From Phycisphaera mikurensis NBRC 102666 (GTDB lineage Bacteria; Planctomycetota; Phycisphaerae; Phycisphaerales; Phycisphaeraceae): 32,000 nt of DNA. How positions within the stretch are numbered: the first letter of the stretch is position 1; each line of letters starts with the position of its first letter. The position numbers and the translations under genes are program-made. The notes beneath the pieces were generated by a model, which was given only the letters and a program-made list of their open reading frames with translations, was not told the origin of the DNA and made no database searches. The DNA lies in NCBI RefSeq assembly GCF_000284115.1, contig NC_017080.1, positions 1,680,001-1,712,000 on the forward strand. Direction: 5' to 3'. Below are positions 18,242-25,931 of this stretch, piece by piece.

Positions 18242-18699
18242 CTCGGGAGGGTGCAATCGCGTCGCTTCATCAGGGTGACCCGGTTGCCCGCCTCGTTGAA
18301 GAGCACCTGGGTCATGTAAGCCTTCATCAGCATGACGCCGCGGCCGTGGGGGCGGTGGAGGTTCTCCTCCGCGGTCGGATCGGGCAACGCCGCGGGCTCG
18401 AAGCCGCAGCCGCAGTCCTCGATGTGGATCGTGACGCGGTCCTCGGCGACTTCCCAATCCACGGTCACGGTCTGGTCGGGGTCGTTGTGGTTGCCGTGCC
18501 GCACCGCGTTGGCCATCGCCTCGTCGAGCGCGAGCTTCACGGCGAATCGGCACTTCTCCGGGTAGCCGGCGGCCTCGAGCTCCTCAAGCACCGCGTCCTG
18601 CACGGGCGGGATGTTCCCGATGCGGCTGCTGAAGGTGCGGGAGGGCATGTCCGGTGCCGTGAGGAAGATGCGCGTTGAAGCTCCCGCCGGCGGGTTCAC
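18238..18699 (-). CDS. Anti-sigma regulatory factor-like serine kinase (RsbW-type HATPase)
   Basis: FAVKLALDEAMANAVRHGNHNDPDQTV..IHIEDCGCGFEP..PHGRGVMLMKAYM: GHKL N and G boxes. GTG start. Confidence 0.9.
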   Translation of the reverse strand: MNPPAGASTRIFLTAPDMPSRTFSSRIGNIPPVQDAVLEELEAAGYPEKCRFAVKLALDEAMANAVRHGNHNDPDQTVTVDWEVAEDRVTIHIEDCGCGFEPAALPDPTAEENLHRPHGRGVMLMKAYMTQVLFNEAGNRVTLMKRRDCTLPR

Positions 18700-19058
18700 T
18701 TGAAGCTCTTGGCGGCGGCGTCCTTGTCGTCGTGGATCTGGAAGAGCTTGTTGAGCTTGGTGATCACGAAGACTTCGTAGATCTGCTCGTCGATGTCGGA
18801 GAGGCGGAGCTGGCCGCCCTTCGCCTTGACCTTGTTGTTCACGGTGATCAGCGTCCCCAGCGCGGCGGAGGAGAGGTGCTCGACGCCTGAGAAGTCCAGC
18901 AGCAGCTTCGGGTTGGAATCGCTCTCGATCATCGCGGCGAGCTCGTCCCCGATCTGCTGAATGGCCGACTCCTCGAGGATGTTGCGGTCCCGGAAGCGGA
19001 CGTGGGTGACGCCGCCGTCGGGGCCGGTCGGAGAAGTCTCGAGTCTGGAGTCGGGCAT
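18696..19058 (-). CDS. Anti-anti-sigma factor (STAS domain)
   Basis: LLLDFSGVEHLSSAALGTLITVNNKVKAKGGQLRLSDIDEQIYEVFVITKLNKLFQI: SpoIIAA-like STAS pattern. Start ATG 19058. Confidence 0.9.
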   Translation of the reverse strand: MPDSRLETSPTGPDGGVTHVRFRDRNILEESAIQQIGDELAAMIESDSNPKLLLDFSGVEHLSSAALGTLITVNNKVKAKGGQLRLSDIDEQIYEVFVITKLNKLFQIHDDKDAAAKSFK

Positions 19059-19209
19059 GCGGCGGTCCGTGAGGGGAGAGGCGGTCCGCGACGGTACGGC
19101 TCGCGTCGCCTCGATGTCAATTCTGCTCGGGCCGGGCGGGCTCCGCGGCCGCGGCGGGGGGCCGCCGGTAAGGTCCTTCCGCCAGGCCGCTCCCGACGCG
19201 CAGCGGCCG

Positions 19210-20115
19210 ATGACCATGCTCACGCTCCCCTACAAGGTCCTGATCTCGCTCTCGGCGCTGCTGCTGCTCGCGGCGGTCGGCTACCGCGCCACCCACCTGC
19301 TCGGCGGCGGAGAGCCGCTCGCCGCGCTCGAGCCGGCGACGGAGCCGGCCGCGCCGCCGGAGGCTTCCGACGCCGAGCCGCTGCCGCCCGCTCCGGTGGC
19401 GGTCCGGCCGCCGCCGCCCCGCCCGGCCCAAGACCCGCCGCCGGCCGCGTCGCCGACCGCGGCCGATGCCGCGCAGCCCCCCGCGGCCGCGCCGGAGGAC
19501 GCGGTGCCCACGCTGGTCATCGGCCGCCAGCCGGGCCAGCCGGACCAGCCGGGCCAGCCGGACCAGCCGGGCCAGCCGGGCCAGCCGAACCAGCCGAGTC
19601 AGCCGGGCAAGTCGAACCAGCCGCCGCCGGTCGCTGCCGCCGCCGACCCCGCACCCCCCGGGTCGGATGCCGCGTCCCCGTCCACGTCCGGAGCCGCCCA
19701 GCCGGAGCGGGTGTACGTCGTGGCCGAGGGCGACAGCCTGCAGAAGATCGCCCGCGCGACCCTCGGCGACGCCAACCGCTGGTCGTCGATCGCCGAGCTC
19801 AACCCGGGCCTGGACCCGCTGCGGCTGCAGGTCGGCGACCGCCTCCGGCTCCCGGCGGACGCGGCGGGGAGCACCGCGGCCGCAGCGGGCCCCGCGCCCG
19901 CGTCGCCCGCGCCCGCGACAGCGTCGGGAGGCACCGCCGCCCTCCACGTCGTCAAGCCGGGAGACTCGCTGAGCGTGATCGCCCTGCGGTACTACGGCGA
20001 CAGCACGCGGTGGAAGGCGATCTACGACGCCAACCGCTCGCTCATGAAGAGCCCGGACGACCTGGGGATCGGCGTCGAGCTGCAGATCCCCCCGCGGGCC
20101 GCCGACGACCGATAA
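19210..20115 (+). CDS. LysM-domain protein with N-terminal TM and collagen-like linker
   Basis: Two LysM-like units (YVVAEGDSLQKIARATLGDANRWSSIAELNP..; LHVVKPGDSLSVIALRYYGDSTRWKAIYDANR..) separated from a TM segment by a PGQPDQPGQP-rich linker. Start ATG 19210 or 19216. Confidence 0.88.
   Translation: MTMLTLPYKVLISLSALLLLAAVGYRATHLLGGGEPLAALEPATEPAAPPEASDAEPLPPAPVAVRPPPPRPAQDPPPAASPTAADAAQPPAAAPEDAVPTLVIGRQPGQPDQPGQPDQPGQPGQPNQPSQPGKSNQPPPVAAAADPAPPGSDAASPSTSGAAQPERVYVVAEGDSLQKIARATLGDANRWSSIAELNPGLDPLRLQVGDRLRLPADAAGSTAAAAGPAPASPAPATASGGTAALHVVKPGDSLSVIALRYYGDSTRWKAIYDANRSLMKSPDDLGIGVELQIPPRAADDR
19528..19608 (+). repeat. 9-bp tandem repeat (9 units cagccgggc/cagccggac and variants) encoding QPG/QPD/QPN tripeptides
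   Basis: Directly read nine consecutive in-frame 9-mers within the LysM gene. Confidence 0.9.
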
Positions 20116-20300
20116 ACCGGCGGCGACGCGGACCGGGCGGGCACCCGCTCCGCTCGCGGTCGAATCCTTATCCTCCGGCCCGGCCGGGGCCCGCTCCGCG
20201 TCCGACCGCGGCCGCGGGCTCGCCCCCGCCGCCGCTGGAACCCGCACCCGCCCGGACCCTTGCGGGCGCCCGGCTCTCCCCGGAAGGACCCGTTTCTCCG

Positions 20301-21347
20301 TTGATCTTCGACAACCTCCTCAGCCTGTTCAGCGTCGACATGGGCATCGACCTGGGGACGTGCAACACCCTCGTCTGCGTCCGCGGCGAAGGCATCGTGC
20401 TCAACGAGCCGTCGGTCGTCGCCGTCCACAAGGGCACCAACAAGGTCCTGCAGAACGGCAACGCGGTCGGCTGGGTCGCCAAGGAGATGCTCGGCAAGAC
20501 CCCCGGCAGCATCACGGCGGTGAGGCCGCTGAAGGACGGGGTGATCTCCGACTTCGAGATCACCGAGGCGATGCTCAGCTACTTCATCCGCAAGGTGAAC
20601 GGCAAGCGCCCGCTGGTGAAGCCCCGCGTCGTCATCGCCGTGCCCTCGGGCATCACCGCCGTGGAGAAGCGGGCCGTGCTGGATTCCGCGGAGCGGGCCG
20701 GGGCCCGCAAGGTGTTCCTCGTGGAGGAGCCGATGGCCGCCGCCATCGGCGCCAGCCTTCCGGTGGTGGAGGCGACCGCCTCGATGATCGTGGACATCGG
20801 CGGCGGCACCACCGAGGTCGCGATCATGTCGCTGGCCGACATCGCCCAATGCGAGTCGGTCCGCGTGGCCGGTGACGACCTGGACGAGTCGATCATCAAC
20901 CACATGAAGAAGGCCTACAACCTGATGATCGGCGAGCAGACCGCCGAACGCATCAAGATCGAGGTCGGCTCCGCCGCGAAGGTGGAGGAGGACACCACGA
21001 TCGAGGTCCGCGGCCGCGACATGATCTCGGGCCTGCCCCGCAAGACCGTCATCACCAGCGAGGAGATTCGTGAGGCCCTCCAGGAGCCGCTGTCGTCCAT
21101 CCTCGAGACCGTGACCCGGACCCTCGAACGCTGCGACCCCGAGCTGGCCGCCGACCTCGTGGACAACGGCATCATGCTCGCCGGCGGCGGGGCGCTGCTG
21201 CGCGGGATCAGCGTCGTCATCTCCGACGCGACGGGCCTGGAGTGCCGCATCGCCGAGGACCCGCTGACCTGCGTCGCCCGCGGCACCGCGATCTACCTGG
21301 AACACCTCGAGGAGTGGAAGGGAACGATGGAGTCGGAGATCGACTGA
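20301..21347 (+). CDS. mreB: Rod shape-determining protein MreB
   Basis: MGIDLGTCNTLVCVRGEGIVLNEPSVVA..VVIAVPSGITAVEKRAVLDSAERAGARKVFLVEEPMAAAIGA..MIVDIGGGTTEVAIMSL..; probable TTG start after ggaagga. Confidence 0.95.
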   Translation: MIFDNLLSLFSVDMGIDLGTCNTLVCVRGEGIVLNEPSVVAVHKGTNKVLQNGNAVGWVAKEMLGKTPGSITAVRPLKDGVISDFEITEAMLSYFIRKVNGKRPLVKPRVVIAVPSGITAVEKRAVLDSAERAGARKVFLVEEPMAAAIGASLPVVEATASMIVDIGGGTTEVAIMSLADIAQCESVRVAGDDLDESIINHMKKAYNLMIGEQTAERIKIEVGSAAKVEEDTTIEVRGRDMISGLPRKTVITSEEIREALQEPLSSILETVTRTLERCDPELAADLVDNGIMLAGGGALLRGISVVISDATGLECRIAEDPLTCVARGTAIYLEHLEEWKGTMESEID

Positions 21348-21572
21348 CCGCCATCCTCTGGACGATCAGGGCGTTCGCTCACGGGGTGCCGGGCCGACTC
21401 GGGGGTGGATTCCGCTCTTGCATGCGGCCTTCTCCACCCATGGAGGCCCCGCCCCGGCGTGTGGCCCTGCGCGGCGGGCTCCGGGGCCGTGTTCGCCAAG
21501 CCGGCGTCCGCGGCCTGCTAAACTCGTTGGAGTCCGGGGCTCGCCCGGCGTTGATCCGGTGGTGGAGCGGGC

Positions 21573-22793
21573 ATGGTGGAGATCGACCCCAGGGTGCAGC
21601 GGCGCACGCTCAGCGGCGACACGTCCCGGCAGATCGTGGTCTGCCGGGTGGTGTGCATCTTCTTCATGATGAGCGTGCACGTGCGGCCGTACTTCGACGC
21701 ATCGGCGTGGGACGTGACCGACGCGATGCACTGGGTCGGCATCCTTTGGGTGGACGTGCTCGGCCGGGCGAGCGTGCCGGCGCTGAGCCTGATCTCCGGC
21801 TTCCTGATCGCCATGCGGTTCGGAAGAGACACCGCGGGCGGCTTCGTCTGGAAGCGGTTCAAAGTCCTCTGCCTGCCGATGCTCGCGTGGAACCTGGTGT
21901 TCCAGGGGCTGCTGCTGCTTCCCTGGCTCCTCACGGGGCGCCCCTCGGGGACGCACGATCTCTTCTTCGGGGGCTCGGCCGTGGCCGCGGTCTTCGAGCA
22001 CCTGCTGTTCCTCTACGGCCACCCCACGAACGTGACGCTGAGCTTCCTGCGCGACCTGTTCGTGAGCAGCTTGATCGCCTGGTGCGCGCTGCGGTTCGGC
22101 TCGAGGGGGGTGCTGATCGCGTTCGTGCTGTCGCTTCTGCTGTGGCAGACGGACTTCTACGGGGAGGCGGTCCTCCGGACGTCGATCCCCTCGTTCGTGC
22201 TGGCCGGCGTGCTGGTGCAGCGGCACGTCGGCCACCTCAACCCGCCCGTCGCGGCGGCGGCGACCGCCTACGCGTCGCTGGCGCTCGTCACGGCGCTCCT
22301 GTGGGCGGGTCAGGGGGAACGGCTCGAAGACATGCTGCCCGGGAGCCTGTGGTCGATGACGTTCCGCGGCCTCGCGACGCTGTGCGTGCTCGACGCGGCT
22401 TTCCGGCTCGCCAGCGGCGGGGGCTTCGGCGTTCTGAAGCGGTGGGAACCGGCGGCGTACCTCGCCTACCTGTCGCACTCCGTGGTGATCCTGTTCGGCT
22501 GGGGCTTCTTCGAGCGGGTGGTCGGCGACACCGGCGGGGCCCTCTACGTCGCCTTCTTCCTCGCCATGCCGGCGTTCTGCTTCGTGGCGGCCTTGGCGGC
22601 CATCCCGCTGCTGGACCGCATGCCGGCGTGGCTGCAGGTCCTCGCGCGGGGCAAGAGCAGGCGACGCGTTCCCGCCCCCGCTCCCGCTCCCGCCCCCGCC
22701 CGGCCCGACAGCGGCCGCGCCGGTCCGACGGACGCCGCGATGCCGCCGGCCGGGTCGGGCGTTTCGTCGCCCCCGACCGCCATGACGCCTTGA
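21573..22793 (+). CDS. Acyltransferase family 3 membrane protein
   Basis: Multi-TM; RQIVVCRVVCIFFMMSVHVRPYF..VDVLGRASVPALSLISGFLIAM..; C-terminal tail carries a P-A-P-A-P-A repeat. Confidence 0.8.
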   Translation: MVEIDPRVQRRTLSGDTSRQIVVCRVVCIFFMMSVHVRPYFDASAWDVTDAMHWVGILWVDVLGRASVPALSLISGFLIAMRFGRDTAGGFVWKRFKVLCLPMLAWNLVFQGLLLLPWLLTGRPSGTHDLFFGGSAVAAVFEHLLFLYGHPTNVTLSFLRDLFVSSLIAWCALRFGSRGVLIAFVLSLLLWQTDFYGEAVLRTSIPSFVLAGVLVQRHVGHLNPPVAAAATAYASLALVTALLWAGQGERLEDMLPGSLWSMTFRGLATLCVLDAAFRLASGGGFGVLKRWEPAAYLAYLSHSVVILFGWGFFERVVGDTGGALYVAFFLAMPAFCFVAALAAIPLLDRMPAWLQVLARGKSRRRVPAPAPAPAPARPDSGRAGPTDAAMPPAGSGVSSPPTAMTP

Positions 22794-23009
22794 AGCCTGC
22801 GCGTCGGCAGCCGCGCACCCCGACCGCCCCGGGTGCGTGCCGCTTCGCACCCTTGCCGCTTTGAGTCGGGCGTCGCCGACGCCGGGCCGCGGATCGCCCC
22901 GCAGCGCTTAGCGCACGATTTCCTAGTGCCGCGGCTGCCGCCGATCTGCGGGTGAGGCGTGTAGCGTCACCGTGCACGGGTTCACCACCGAATGCAAAGG
23001 AGGCCAAGG

Positions 23010-23474
23010 ATGGCCACGAAGCTCAAGAATCGAAAGCTCTACCACGTCCACCTCACCGACGACGAGCGGGAGCAGCTGACCACGCTGGTCCGCAGCGGCC
23101 GCGTCGCCGGCTGGAAGATCCAGCGGGCGCAAGCCCTGCTCAAGTGCGACGAATCGCCCGGCGCCCCGGCCTGGACCGACGAGCAGATTGCCGAGGCTTT
23201 CGACGCGGGTGTCCGCACTGTGGAGGGCTGGCGGAAGAAGGCTGTCGAGGACGGTCCGCTCTCGTTGCTCGAACGCAAGCCTCAAGACCGCGCGATGCAA
23301 CGCAAGCTCGACGGCGTAGGCGAAGCTCAGCTGGTGACGATCGCCTGCTCGGACCCGCCCGAGGGCCATGATCGCTGGAGCCTCCGCCTCCTGGCCGGCC
23401 GGCTGGTGGAGCTGAAGGTGGTGGACTCGATCAGCCGCGAAGCGGTGCGGTGCGCTCTTCAAAAAACGGCCTGA
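23010..23474 (+). CDS. IS630-family transposase ORF A (helix-turn-helix part)
   Basis: MATKLKNRKLYHVHLTDDEREQLTTLVRSGRVAGWKIQRAQALLKCDE..; strong AAAGGAGG ribosome-binding site upstream. Confidence 0.85.
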   Translation: MATKLKNRKLYHVHLTDDEREQLTTLVRSGRVAGWKIQRAQALLKCDESPGAPAWTDEQIAEAFDAGVRTVEGWRKKAVEDGPLSLLERKPQDRAMQRKLDGVGEAQLVTIACSDPPEGHDRWSLRLLAGRLVELKVVDSISREAVRCALQKTA

Positions 23475-24163
23475 AGCCGTGGAGGAAGAAGATGTGGTGC
23501 ATCCCGCCGGAGCAGTCCGCGGCCTTCGTCGCGGCCATGGAGGCGGTGCTGTGCCTGTACGCGCTCGCCTACGACCCGGCGTTGCCGGTGGTGTGCATGG
23601 ACGAGCAGCCCAAGCAGCTCATCGGCGAGACCCGCCGCCGCTTCACCGACTCCACCGGCCGTCGGATCGAGGACCACGAGTACGTGCGGCACGGCACCTG
23701 CAACCTGTGGATGTTCACCGAGCCGTTGGCTGGGTGGCGGGACGTTCGGACCAGTCGGCGACGCACCGCGGCGGACTGGGCCCACCAGATCCAGGCGTTG
23801 GTGGACGCCCCGCGTTACGAGTCAGCGACGCGGATCCGCCTGGTGTGCGACAACCTGAACACCCACAGGATCGCGTCGTTGTACGAAGCATTCGAGGCCG
23901 CAGAGGCGCGGCGGATCGCTGAGCGGATCGAGCTGGTGCACACGCCGGCCCACGGTTCGTGGCTGAACATCGCCGAGTGCGAACTGAGTGTGCTCTCAAG
24001 GCAATGCCTCGGCCGACGGATCGACACCATCCAGGAGATCGATCGCGAGGCCCGAGCCTGGGCGGCCGCTCGCAACCAGAGCCAGCGAGGCGTGCACTGG
24101 CAGTTCACCGCCGATGACGCCCGGATCAAGCTGCTGAGCCTCTACCCGCGGATCGCGGCGTGA
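23450..24163 (+). CDS. IS630-family transposase ORF B (DDE catalytic part), in the -1 frame relative to ORF A
   Basis: VVCMDEQPKQLI..IRLVCDNLNTHRIASLYEAF..ELVHTPAHGSWLNIAECELSVLSRQCLGRRI: IS630 DDE motifs. The A6C tract at 23461-23467 lies in the overlap. Coordinates are the open frame, not necessarily a real start. Confidence 0.85.
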   Translation: MRSSKNGLKPWRKKMWCIPPEQSAAFVAAMEAVLCLYALAYDPALPVVCMDEQPKQLIGETRRRFTDSTGRRIEDHEYVRHGTCNLWMFTEPLAGWRDVRTSRRRTAADWAHQIQALVDAPRYESATRIRLVCDNLNTHRIASLYEAFEAAEARRIAERIELVHTPAHGSWLNIAECELSVLSRQCLGRRIDTIQEIDREARAWAAARNQSQRGVHWQFTADDARIKLLSLYPRIAA

Positions 24164-24170
24164 CGCGGCA

Positions 24171-25892
24171 CTAGGCGTTGAAGTACTTGGCTTCGGGGTG
24201 GTGCACGATCAGCGCCGAGGTCGACTGCTCGGGATCGATCTGCCAGTTCTCGGTCAGCTCGCAGCCGATACGCCCCGGCTCCAACAGCCGCCAAAGGATC
24301 TCTTGATCCTGCATCTCCGGGCAGCTGGGGTAGCCGAAGCTGTAGCGGCTGCCGCGGTACTTCTGCGTGAACAGCTGCTTGATCTTCGCGGAGTCGTCGT
24401 TGCCGATGCCCAGCTCGGCGCGGACGCGCTTGTGCCAGAGCTCGGCCAGGGCCTCGGCGCATTCCACGCCCATGCCGTGCAGGTAGAGGTACTCCTGGTA
24501 GTCGTCGGCGTCGAAGCGCTCCTTGGCGAGGCGGGAGATGTCGTTGCCCATGGTCACGCACTGCAGCGCGAGCACGTCGCGACGGCCGGAGCCGACGTCG
24601 AGGAAGAAGTCGGCGAGGTGCAGGCGGCGGCGGTCGGGCTGGCGGGGGAAGCTCGTGAAGCGCTCGATCTCCTTGTCGTGGTCCTCGGCGTCGAACACGA
24701 CCAGGTCGTCGCCGTCGCTGTTCACGGGGTAGTAGCCGTAGACGACGCCGGGTTGCAGCACGCCGCCGGCGGTGAGGCCGCCGGGGGCGAGTTCCACCTT
24801 CAGCCGGTCCATGATCGGGCGGACTTCCTCTTCCAGCTGGCGTTCGTAGGCCTTGCTGTCCTTGTCGCCGCGGACGAACATCCACTGCGTCTTGAAGAGG
24901 GCGGCCTCGTTGACGAAGGGGTAGATCTGTCGGAGCCCGAGGCCCTCGACGACGCGGGAACCCCAGAAGGGCGGCTCCGGGATCTCGTCGAGAACGGCCA
25001 CGTCGCTGCGGATCCGCTCGGCGACGGCGGCGGAGCCGAATTCGTCGGCCTCCGCCCTGGCGGCGCGGGTGGCGTCGGCCCGCTCGCGCAGCTCGGCGAC
25101 CTTGGCCTCACGCTCGATGCCGGCGGCGGCTCGGCCGTCGATCTCGGCGTTGAGCTCGTCGATCCTGCCCCCGCAGAGCATGTCCATCAGGCGCAGGCCC
25201 TCGAAGGCGTCGGTGCCGTGGAAGGTGCTGCCGTTGTACGTGTTGCGGAGGTGGCCCTCGCAGTACGACCGCTGGAGCGCGGCGCCGCCGAGGATCATCG
25301 GCACGTCGATGTTCTGGGCGTTGAGCTCCTTGAGGTTCTCCTCCATCACGTTGACGCTCTTGACCAGCAGGCCGGAGAGGCCGATCGCGTCGGGCCGGGT
25401 TTCGCGGTACTTCGCGATCAGCTCGTTCACCGGCACCTTGATGCCGATGTTGTGGACGGTGTAGCCGTTGTTGGTGAGGATGATGTCGACGAGGTTCTTG
25501 CCGATGTCGTGGACGTCGCCGCGGACGGTGGCGAGCAGCATCGTGCCCTTGGTCTGGCCCTCGACCTTCTCCATGAAGGGCTCCAGCAGCGCGACCGCCG
25601 CCTTCATCACGGTGGCGGACTGGAGGACGAAGGGCAGCTGCATCTTCCCCGAGCCGAACAGCTCGCCGACGGTCTTCATGCCGTCGAGCAGGTGGTCGTT
25701 GACGATGTCCAGCGGGGCGTATTTCCCGCGGGCCTCGGCCAGCGACTCGTCGAGGTGCTTCTTCTCGCCGTCGACGATGTGCTTGCGGAGACGCTCCTCC
25801 AGCGGGAGCTCCGCGAGGTCCTCGCCGGCGGACACCGCTTCGGCTCCGTCGGGGAAGAGGTCGATGAAGGCTTGCAGCGGGTCGTCGTTCAT
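24171..25892 (-). CDS. metH: Methionine synthase, C-terminal half (cobalamin-binding and AdoMet activation domains) as a separate gene
   Basis: MLLATVRGDVHDIGKNLVDIILTNNGYTVHNIGIKVPVNELI (DxHxxG B12 motif) and C-terminal FTQKYRGSRYSFGYPSCPEMQDQEILWRLLEPGRIG. Confidence 0.92.
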   Translation of the reverse strand: MNDDPLQAFIDLFPDGAEAVSAGEDLAELPLEERLRKHIVDGEKKHLDESLAEARGKYAPLDIVNDHLLDGMKTVGELFGSGKMQLPFVLQSATVMKAAVALLEPFMEKVEGQTKGTMLLATVRGDVHDIGKNLVDIILTNNGYTVHNIGIKVPVNELIAKYRETRPDAIGLSGLLVKSVNVMEENLKELNAQNIDVPMILGGAALQRSYCEGHLRNTYNGSTFHGTDAFEGLRLMDMLCGGRIDELNAEIDGRAAAGIEREAKVAELRERADATRAARAEADEFGSAAVAERIRSDVAVLDEIPEPPFWGSRVVEGLGLRQIYPFVNEAALFKTQWMFVRGDKDSKAYERQLEEEVRPIMDRLKVELAPGGLTAGGVLQPGVVYGYYPVNSDGDDLVVFDAEDHDKEIERFTSFPRQPDRRRLHLADFFLDVGSGRRDVLALQCVTMGNDISRLAKERFDADDYQEYLYLHGMGVECAEALAELWHKRVRAELGIGNDDSAKIKQLFTQKYRGSRYSFGYPSCPEMQDQEILWRLLEPGRIGCELTENWQIDPEQSTSALIVHHPEAKYFNA

Positions 25893-25931
25893 GGCTTGGC
25901 GGGCGTTCGGCGGGAAGAGGCTTCCGTCCGT

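Larger units (their letters stand above)
22926..24171 (+). mobile_element. IS630-family insertion sequence, 1246 bp, flanked by TA dinucleotides
   Basis: Terminal inverted repeats: left GTGCCGCGGCTGCCGCCGATCTGCGGGTGAGGC, right (reverse complement) GTGCCGCGTCACGCCGCGATCCGCGGGTAGAGGC; TA at 22924-22925 and 24172-24173; encloses IS630-type transposase ORFs. Confidence 0.88.

Noticed and set aside
22640-22700. cccgctcccgctcccgcccccgcc repeat near the acyltransferase 3 C-terminus
   Set aside because: Encodes a simple Pro-Ala tail; common low-complexity extension, not a separate element.
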